64,000 nt of DNA from positions 224,001-288,000 of the forward strand of contig CAYLXA010000001.1 in NCBI GenBank assembly GCA_964387845.1. The letters run 5' to 3'. Below, one piece after another: positions 20,325 through 27,004 of the stretch. This DNA is from an uncultured bacterium. GTDB taxonomy: Bacteria > Omnitrophota > Omnitrophia > Omnitrophales > Abzuiibacteriaceae. Every line of letters begins with the position of its first letter. Positions within the stretch are counted from its first letter, which is position 1. Under the pieces are notes generated by a model. It searched no databases, was not told the origin of the DNA, and was given only the letters and a program-made list of their open reading frames with translations. The translations under genes and the position numbers were made by a program.

Positions 20325-21362
20325 TTATACGAGTTGATATTGCCGGTTTTGAATTTCCAAGTTACTTTCCTCCTTTTCGTACTCCGTTAGATAATCAAAG
20401 CTGCAATCTTCACAGAATGAGCCGCCGGTTGCTTCGTCATAAAAGAGTTTGCCGGCTTCCACTTGGTCTTTACACAGTGAACATAGAAGCTTTGATTTTT
20501 CAGTGATGTTTGAATCTTCGAGAAATCCCATATACCGAAGCTCATCAAAGCTGTAGAGATAGGGATTCCCCGGCACTTTGAAGTCATCCTCTGTGAGCGA
20601 CTTGCGCATCGGGTTCTCCATCTCGCAAGGTATTTTTCGCATGGGACATTTTTCAGAAAGTTCTTCAACGTTAATTTTGTAAAGCACGTTGGATTGAATC
20701 TCGAGAAAATTGCCTTTCATGAAGTTTCTTGCAAGAGCGTATTGCAAGTGGATTTTCTCGCTCGACCAAAGCAAGGTTTTGAACTTAGGGACATAAACAG
20801 CGTAAAGCGTCCGTTCAACATTTCGGATGAGATAAAGCGTTTTCCTGTCATCCGTTTGCATGAATGCCAACGCAAAATCCCCAAACATCATCGAAAGCCG
20901 TTCAGCGACTTCTCTGTCGGAGGAGGCGCCATCCAAAACACGGAATACCGCCTCGCTATCGACGTCAGTTTTTTGCTCCGTGTTAAATCGTTTGAGAAGT
21001 TCAGTTCGATTTAGAAAATGCCCATTGTGCACACCGGCAAAATTCTCCGAGACAAACGGATGACAATTCCGGGATGAGATTGCTCCTACTGTGGCAAGCC
21101 GCGTATGGCCCAGAACAATGAGCGTATCCGCACCGATTTTCTTGATGACGTTACGCATCCGGACGGTGCGCAAAAGCTCGCTCGCTGGTCTGGCTTCCTT
21201 GAAAACGGTCATGCTCTCTTCTGCTGCTGTGAGCAATCCAGTTCCGTCTTGACCTCTTGTTTCATTGAGAAAAGCCAAATCCATCACTACGCCTTGAAGC
21301 CTCAGTTTCTCTGCTCCGCTTAAGGGCAGGGCCTCTCTCACAAATCCGAATATTCCACACAT
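20325..21362 (-). CDS. Class-II (Ntn-type) glutamine amidotransferase, YafJ-like, with a C-terminal zinc ribbon
   Basis: MCGIFGF gives the N-terminal nucleophile Cys2. The GATase-II fold continues through ...HTRLATVG...NCHPF. The C-terminus CSLCKD...CEDCS forms a CxxC-Xn-CxxC ribbon. Confidence 0.7.
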   Translation of the reverse strand: MCGIFGFVREALPLSGAEKLRLQGVVMDLAFLNETRGQDGTGLLTAAEESMTVFKEARPASELLRTVRMRNVIKKIGADTLIVLGHTRLATVGAISSRNCHPFVSENFAGVHNGHFLNRTELLKRFNTEQKTDVDSEAVFRVLDGASSDREVAERLSMMFGDFALAFMQTDDRKTLYLIRNVERTLYAVYVPKFKTLLWSSEKIHLQYALARNFMKGNFLEIQSNVLYKINVEELSEKCPMRKIPCEMENPMRKSLTEDDFKVPGNPYLYSFDELRYMGFLEDSNITEKSKLLCSLCKDQVEAGKLFYDEATGGSFCEDCSFDYLTEYEKEESNLEIQNRQYQLV

Positions 21363-21410
21363 GGTAAGTCTCCTTAGGTTTAATTGGGATTGAACTACTG
21401 AAGTGATAAA

Positions 21411-22685
21411 TTACTTTTGAACAGCTGCCAGAGTGGGAGCTGTTTCGAAGAACTTCTCGGGATGAAACTTTAAGATCCTTTGCTCGATGTAATTCCGAAT
21501 CTTCGTCCGGAATTTCAGCAGCACGCAGAATGCCTCAAACTGTTCTTTGAATGAAGCAAACTCCGAAAACCTGAAGTCTCTTTGACGCTTTGACTCGTCT
21601 ACGATCGCTTGGCAGATCACAATGAAATTTGTAATCTTAAGCGGGTTCGTTGTTCCCGAGTGATAGCGAAACTCCACTGAACGCCTGAAGAACCAAGAGT
21701 GAATGTTGACACCGAAGTATCTTGAGTTGTCAAACTTAGACTTCGTATCCACTCGCGCATTCCTTCTGCCGTACCAGAGCCGCTTTAAATCCATCTCATC
21801 TTTGACTTTGAACCGGAACCGTGATTTGGGAAATCGATTGAGCGGCACGGAGTAAGAACCGGAAAACCTTGATTCCGGAAGCATGGCATAAATCACCGGC
21901 TCAAACGCCACCGCAATCTTCAGCAATTTCTTGATGTTCTGAAAATCAAGATCCCGCCCATCAATGTGGACATGAAGACCGCAGCGCTTGTCCACGAAGT
22001 AATTCCAGTCAAGCAGCTTTTGAGTGAAAATGGCGATTTCGTTAAAGCCGTCATCGCCTTGAAGAATCGGGCTCGCAAATTCCATGCCCCAATCTCCCAG
22101 AGAGCCGTCATGCTGTTTGCTCCAAGCGCCCACTTCATCAACCGGAAGATGCATTTCCTCATCCCGAAGTATGGCTTCAATTTCCACGCCGTATTTTCTT
22201 TTTGATTTGCACAGTTTGAATTTAGCCGACGAAAATTCATGGTGCTGAATCAGCTCGCCGTTCTCCACCATGCGGTCGTAACAGTCTTCACAGTAAGTTG
22301 ACTCCCCTCTTCTAAAGCAGCGGGTAGAGTCAACCTCAGAACCGCAATCCTCGCAGAAGATTATGTTTTCAGATTCACAGGCGGAGCAGTAATAGACGTC
22401 CTGCAAATCTGAATAACGAGCGTCCTCTGACGCCGCATATTCCCCGCAGGCATTGCATTCCCTGTAATTGGCGTGAAAGCAGCTTTCACAAAGCCTCAAC
22501 CCTGCAACTGCAAAGGATTCGTCAAGCCACATGGGACGTTCGCATTTCCCGCACGGCTTCACACGTTTTTCAAAACACGCCGGGCAAAGATACCGGTCTT
22601 GATAGGTTTTAAACAAATCGACGTTTACGACAACACTGCAGGACGGGCATTTCTTTTCTTCTGCCCGTATTTCCAAAAGTTCCAT
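21411..22685 (-). CDS. Glutamine-synthetase/GCS2-like carboxylate-amine ligase (amidoligase) with an N-terminal array of four zinc ribbons
   Basis: Eight CxxC pairs lie in the first ~150 aa. They are followed by YGVEIEA, GMEFASP, GLHVHIDG and SVEFRYH, which resemble the E-x-E / H-x-H / EfR motifs of YbdK/GCS2-type ligases. Confidence 0.55.
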   Translation of the reverse strand: MELLEIRAEEKKCPSCSVVVNVDLFKTYQDRYLCPACFEKRVKPCGKCERPMWLDESFAVAGLRLCESCFHANYRECNACGEYAASEDARYSDLQDVYYCSACESENIIFCEDCGSEVDSTRCFRRGESTYCEDCYDRMVENGELIQHHEFSSAKFKLCKSKRKYGVEIEAILRDEEMHLPVDEVGAWSKQHDGSLGDWGMEFASPILQGDDGFNEIAIFTQKLLDWNYFVDKRCGLHVHIDGRDLDFQNIKKLLKIAVAFEPVIYAMLPESRFSGSYSVPLNRFPKSRFRFKVKDEMDLKRLWYGRRNARVDTKSKFDNSRYFGVNIHSWFFRRSVEFRYHSGTTNPLKITNFIVICQAIVDESKRQRDFRFSEFASFKEQFEAFCVLLKFRTKIRNYIEQRILKFHPEKFFETAPTLAAVQK

Positions 22686-22709
22686 GGCTCATCTCCTTTT
22701 CTATTGTTT

Positions 22710-22898
22710 TCAAACTGTCTGGTGATCTTGGCTTTGGTTTTTAACTGACATGCGATCTCTGCGCTTTCGCTCATAGAGACGCTTTAATATCCACAAGGGA
22801 ACGAACGTCCAATACCCTCTTGGCCTTCCTGTCCACTCCGAAAGCTGGTCCGCATAAACTGATTTGTCTTCTGAGTCAAAAATGATGTAGGGATTCAT
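22710..22898 (-). CDS. Small hypothetical protein (62 aa)
   Basis: Good RBS AAGGAG upstream. It lies between the amidoligase and a hairpin. Confidence 0.35.
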   Translation of the reverse strand: MNPYIIFDSEDKSVYADQLSEWTGRPRGYWTFVPLWILKRLYERKRRDRMSVKNQSQDHQTV

Positions 22899-22965
22899 GG
22901 CAAGCTCCTTAAGTGAGAGGGCGGAAACTTTTTATTTCCGCCCTCTTTGTGTGACATGGCTTTGA

Positions 22966-23061
22966 TCAGCGCAGGACAATGGCCCAGCCGAACCGAACAA
23001 AATCTGTAATAAGATCCGGCATCAGCATTGCTTTGGCGCGTGAAACAATCAGCGTCTTCAT
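22966..23061 (-). CDS. Possible 31-aa micro-ORF, MKTLIVSRAKAMLMPDLITDFVRFGWAIVLR
   Basis: Strong RBS AAAGGAGG 7 nt upstream of the ATG. The ORF is flanked by two GC-rich hairpins. Confidence 0.25.
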   Translation of the reverse strand: MKTLIVSRAKAMLMPDLITDFVRFGWAIVLR

Positions 23062-23141
23062 GGAATAAACCTCCTTTGAAAAGACAAAGGGCGAAGAATC
23101 GCTTCTCCGCCCTTTGCTTAATAGTTTGATCGAAGTTCTTA

Positions 23142-23369
23142 CTAGCTGACTTGGACTTGCTGTTCAGCTCTGCGCAAACCTTCAATCAGTTCGCCGATGA
23201 GCGCACAGTTAATTGTGACGCCTTTCTTCGTCGGCCGCGCTTCGCCCGTTACGGCATCAGCGAAAAAGACCCTGACATCAACGTAATCACGGTCTTTGTA
23301 CTTGCCGACTGAGATTTTAACTTCTTCGTTTTCATTACGTTTAAAACTGTAAATTTCCTGCTTTTCCAT
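23142..23369 (-). CDS. PC4-like ssDNA-binding protein (second paralogue)
   Basis: KYKDRDYVDVRVFFADAVTGEARPTKKGVTINCALIGELIEGL is the PC4/YdbC signature. RBS AAAGGAGA. Confidence 0.6.
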   Translation of the reverse strand: MEKQEIYSFKRNENEEVKISVGKYKDRDYVDVRVFFADAVTGEARPTKKGVTINCALIGELIEGLRRAEQQVQVS

Positions 23370-23452
23370 TTGAATTCTCCTTTTTTTGATTTAATGTTGG
23401 TTTATTTGAGCTTTAGTGTTTGGTCTCTTTCGCTTGAACCTCCTTTCTAAGA

Positions 23453-23493
23453 ACAAAAAAGGGGAAGAAGCCTGCTGAACAGACCTCTTCCCC
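23453..23493 (-). terminator. Rho-independent terminator after the coupling-protein gene
   Basis: GGGGAAGAAG...CTCTTCCCC hairpin. On the minus strand it is followed by TTTTTTG. Confidence 0.55.
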
Positions 23494-23536
23494 TCTTTTG
23501 ATTTAATGTTAAATTAGGACTTAATTAGCGATTAAC

Positions 23537-25360
23537 TCATCGTTTGGCTCCTCTTATCTTTTCAAATTTATGCGCAGTATCACTGAGCGTTTGAAACTGA
23601 TCGCTTTCGTCTTGAACGATTTCAGGCTTTGCGCTTTCACGTTTCCAATGCTCTGTTGCCCGCTCACGTTCATCTTTAATCTTCATGTGTATCCATGTTA
23701 AATTAATGTCTGTTTCAGAGGACAGCCGCAGATAATCAATTTTAAAACTTGGATATTTCATGACAACAATCGCTTCGCCGCGTCCAAGTGAACGAACCAA
23801 GTCAGGGTCGATGCGAAACGTCTGCGCTTCTCTGACAGATCCTCGCCCTGTCATGTCTGTGCCGAGCATGCCGGATTCAGTCTGATACGTGGAAACAAAA
23901 GTTCTTCGGGAGCCTCCAATTTTTGAATATTTGTCAATCGAGAATGGGTCATCCTGACGCATGATGATTTTTACGTTTGTGTTCTCGAGGATTTGCTGCT
24001 GAAAGGTCATGCGCTTCGCCGCGAGGTCAGCCAGGCTTTGGTGAAGAAGCGTTACAGCAAGTTTGGCGCCGCGCGCTTTATTCATGAAATCGATGAAGTT
24101 CTCGTAGACAAAGCTTGAAAATTCATCCACGTACACAGGAAAAAAGTGCCGCTCACCCTCTTCCATCTGCGTTTGAATGTAGTTGGAAACTGTTTTAATG
24201 TCCTGCAGGATGAGACGCCCGAATCTTTTCGCCGTTTCTTCGTAGCCCTGCGTATTGAGTGCGAAATAGACAATTTTATTCTTCTGATAAACCTCTAGGA
24301 GGTCAATTTTTGATTCCTGAGAATCCGTCAGTCTTGAAAACTCTGATTTAGTTACGAGGCCTAAATCCGCGATGAATCCAGAGAGAAACTTGGTATTATC
24401 ATGAAACATGTCTTTCATGACTTCCAAGTCCTTCGACATCCGGATATCGTCAAGCTGCGCTATCAGCGCTCGTAATTGATTCTTGTCCGTTAAAAGCTCA
24501 TACAAATCCCGGAACCTGACTTTTCTGTTCAAACTCACCAAAGCTCTGAGCAATGTCAATGCGGCTTCTTCCGCCTTTTTTCTGTAAAATTCCTCGCGCC
24601 ATTCAGTAGAGCCGATCAGTTTGTCCTTAATCTCTGATGCGTTTCCGCGCAAGAGTGGGTTGTATGTGTCCGATATTTCCGGATGTGATAGCGAGAAGAA
24701 TAGAAAGTCATCTTTCCTGCCGTTAATTTGAACAAAGTAACGAATCTTCGCCAATAATTCCAAATCGCCCTTGGCGTCCACGACTATCGCCCCGCGGCCT
24801 CGCTCGATATCCCTTTTAAGCAGCGGAAGCATGACTGATTCTGTTTTACCAACGCCCGTTGAACCTACAACATGCGTATGCATGAGCCTCATGTCATCCG
24901 TTAAGTAACAGCCCTTGCCCGACCAATAACTCGTACCCAGATAAGCTTGATTCGCCTCAACCGCCGTTTTTTGCTTCGTGATTTCTCTCGAAGAAATTCT
25001 CTTCAATCTGCGTTTCTTATCGTCAGAGGATGTATCTTTCGAATTCTTCATTGCATATCCCGTCAACATGAAAAACGGCAATGTAATCAACAAATAGGCG
25101 CTGTAGAGGCACGTAGCCGCGACTCCCGCTTTCGTCCAAGGTCTCGCCTCAAACCTTTCAACAAACCCATTTAAATATTTAATTGACCAAATGGTCGTAA
25201 GCGCTGCAAGCAAGGTGCTCAAATAAGCTATTATCTTGACCCAAGAACTAGATTGATTCTTGACCCATCCGTCAAGCTTCTTGCCCAACCATACCGGAAC
25301 GGATACGAAAAGGAATTCAAACGTTGACCCCGTAAGGCCCTTTGACGGCTTCTCATTCAT
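23537..25360 (-). CDS. traG: Type IV coupling protein (VirD4/TraG family)
   Basis: Two N-terminal TM helices. Walker A VVGSTGVGKTE. A TraG/TrwB-type nucleotide-binding domain of 607 aa. Confidence 0.8.
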   Translation of the reverse strand: MNEKPSKGLTGSTFEFLFVSVPVWLGKKLDGWVKNQSSSWVKIIAYLSTLLAALTTIWSIKYLNGFVERFEARPWTKAGVAATCLYSAYLLITLPFFMLTGYAMKNSKDTSSDDKKRRLKRISSREITKQKTAVEANQAYLGTSYWSGKGCYLTDDMRLMHTHVVGSTGVGKTESVMLPLLKRDIERGRGAIVVDAKGDLELLAKIRYFVQINGRKDDFLFFSLSHPEISDTYNPLLRGNASEIKDKLIGSTEWREEFYRKKAEEAALTLLRALVSLNRKVRFRDLYELLTDKNQLRALIAQLDDIRMSKDLEVMKDMFHDNTKFLSGFIADLGLVTKSEFSRLTDSQESKIDLLEVYQKNKIVYFALNTQGYEETAKRFGRLILQDIKTVSNYIQTQMEEGERHFFPVYVDEFSSFVYENFIDFMNKARGAKLAVTLLHQSLADLAAKRMTFQQQILENTNVKIIMRQDDPFSIDKYSKIGGSRRTFVSTYQTESGMLGTDMTGRGSVREAQTFRIDPDLVRSLGRGEAIVVMKYPSFKIDYLRLSSETDINLTWIHMKIKDERERATEHWKRESAKPEIVQDESDQFQTLSDTAHKFEKIRGAKR

Positions 25361-26088
25361 CCCAAGATGGAGCGTAGAGGAATTCTGGATGCCTTATTCA
25401 TCAGCTCCGCATCTTTCTTTTTCAGTAAGAGCTCATCATAGAGCACAAAGCAAAGCTTATTCTGAGGAACTTCAATGTCCAATAGCCAGCTCTTCACCAT
25501 GTGCCAAGACAGGATATAAATCACCAGGGTGAAATCATTTAGACGGCTGTATTTCGCAAACCTTGTCTCATACCTTTCCCGTTCCCTGAAGGAATTTTCA
25601 AGTTCAATCGCAATTCTCTGCCCGCTTACTTCGATGACCGCGTCAGGAAAAAATTCCCGGTCGTGCTCTTCTTTTCTGACAACCCGTTCGCTCAGCCATT
25701 TAACACCCTTAAAGTCCCGAAACAGGCACCGCAACGTCGCCAACTTGAGCGTATGCTCTATCGTATATTGGTTGATATCCCCGATTTCTCCAAAGCCACG
25801 GTCCAGCCCTTTCTCTTTCAAGACATCTATCCCCTCAGCCGTCAGCAGAAAAAGTCTCACTTTTTCTGATTTCGCCTTCTGGACATCCAAAGTCCTAATA
25901 AATCCTGCATCAACAAGCTTGCTCAAACGCTGCCTTGCAGTTCCTGACCTCACTTCGCTGTCAGGCCAAAATGCCGAGTAAATTTGATTCGCCATCATGT
26001 ACTTTTGTTCATTCAAGTACGTGAATATCTCGATATCACGCTCTGTAATGACGACACGCCGCAATTTATCCAATAAGTTTTCAGCCAC
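25357..26088 (-). CDS. Replication-relaxation (Replic_Relax) family protein, the candidate relaxase/mobilisation protein
   Basis: N-terminal wHTH (IFTYLNEQKYMMANQIYSAF...RLSKLVDAGFI). C-terminal FFPDAVIEV...IAIELENS matches the PDa...lEvD core of the Replic_Relax family. It overlaps traG by 4 nt. Confidence 0.5.
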   Translation of the reverse strand: MAENLLDKLRRVVITERDIEIFTYLNEQKYMMANQIYSAFWPDSEVRSGTARQRLSKLVDAGFIRTLDVQKAKSEKVRLFLLTAEGIDVLKEKGLDRGFGEIGDINQYTIEHTLKLATLRCLFRDFKGVKWLSERVVRKEEHDREFFPDAVIEVSGQRIAIELENSFRERERYETRFAKYSRLNDFTLVIYILSWHMVKSWLLDIEVPQNKLCFVLYDELLLKKKDAELMNKASRIPLRSILG

Positions 26089-26141
26089 AGATTCACTCCC
26101 TCGCCATGGAAAGCCGGTTGGGCCCTTCCATGGCTTGCGAA

Positions 26142-26549
26142 TTACCGAATGGCCAGATCGGCCATTTTCCTCGCTAGATTTCTTGTTTCACTGACCGTAT
26201 TGCCAATGCTCCTTAAGTCATCCCTCAAGTTCAGCTGCCTATCCTTAAACCGATTTGGCGTCTTTGGCGCTTGAACAGGCTTCATCTGATAAACTTTTGG
26301 GGCTACCGTCAAACGAGCCTCCCTTGCCGCTGGTTCAATCTTACTCACACCCGCCTCAGCGTCTTTTGTCCATTGCAATTTCATGACCTGTTTTACGAGA
26401 TAAGCAGGCAGAGTCAGCCCTATTGCCGTTGACCCGATGATCATCCAGCAAGAAATACTGATACTTACAAGCTTAACTCCTAGTTTTCTCAGCTTGAGAT
26501 CCGTACGATCAACCGTTTCACTGACTTGCTTTTCAATTTCTTTCAACAT
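26142..26549 (-). CDS. Hypothetical membrane protein, first gene of the traG operon
   Basis: 135 aa with one TM segment, preceded by the conserved promoter motif. Confidence 0.35.
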   Translation of the reverse strand: MLKEIEKQVSETVDRTDLKLRKLGVKLVSISISCWMIIGSTAIGLTLPAYLVKQVMKLQWTKDAEAGVSKIEPAAREARLTVAPKVYQMKPVQAPKTPNRFKDRQLNLRDDLRSIGNTVSETRNLARKMADLAIR

Positions 26550-26638
26550 TGTGGAACTCCTTATGTGGAAGCTTTATCGCTTCAAGTCTTTCATCCAAGT
26601 TTATGCTTGGCGGTTTCTGTTTATTTTTCGAAATGTTC

Positions 26639-26688
26639 TCTCATAGATGTTGTGCAAAAACAGCCATTTCGTAACAAGCAAATTCAAT
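26639..26688 (-). promoter_or_regulatory. Conserved ~50-bp promoter/operator element, copy 2 (upstream of the 26549 traG/relaxase operon)
   Basis: ctcatagatgttgtgcaaaaacAGCcatttcgtaacaagcaaattcaatt; see 19413..19462. Confidence 0.55.
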
Positions 26689-26766
26689 TAACAGATGGAA
26701 AATATTTTTTTATGTCTATTAATGAACTCAATTCATTCAACTCACCACTTCCTCACGAGCACCTGT

Positions 26767-26863
26767 CCAAAAACCCTATCTCTCTACACACACCACACCC
26801 ACTGACAAGTACCCCTCGATTACGGATGGGAGAGATAGGGTTTTTGGACGGGGACTCTCCCCG
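26767..26863. repeat. Inverted repeat with 18-bp perfect arms, CCAAAAACCCTATCTCTC...GAGAGATAGGGTTTTTGG, around a 45-nt loop. A 6-bp hairpin follows. Candidate oriT or structured RNA.
   Basis: The arms are read directly from the sequence at 26767..26784 and 26830..26847. It lies in the 450-bp non-coding gap between the STAND gene and the mobilisation operon. Confidence 0.5.
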
Positions 26864-27004
26864 ACGCTTGTGCGAAGTGAGGAAGTTACGTAGAATGCTT
26901 CAGTTACGAAGGAAGCGATGAATTCAAGTTCCCCTAAGTTACAATTTTTTGCGGGGATGAATGCGGAAATTTAAAATTAAACAAACATGTTCTTACGGTA
27001 ATGC

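Noticed and set aside
22895-23185. 96-aa ORF overlapping two hairpins
   Set aside because: It has no RBS and contains two terminator-like hairpins. It also overlaps the better-supported PC4-like gene and a small ORF with a strong SD. Treated as non-coding.
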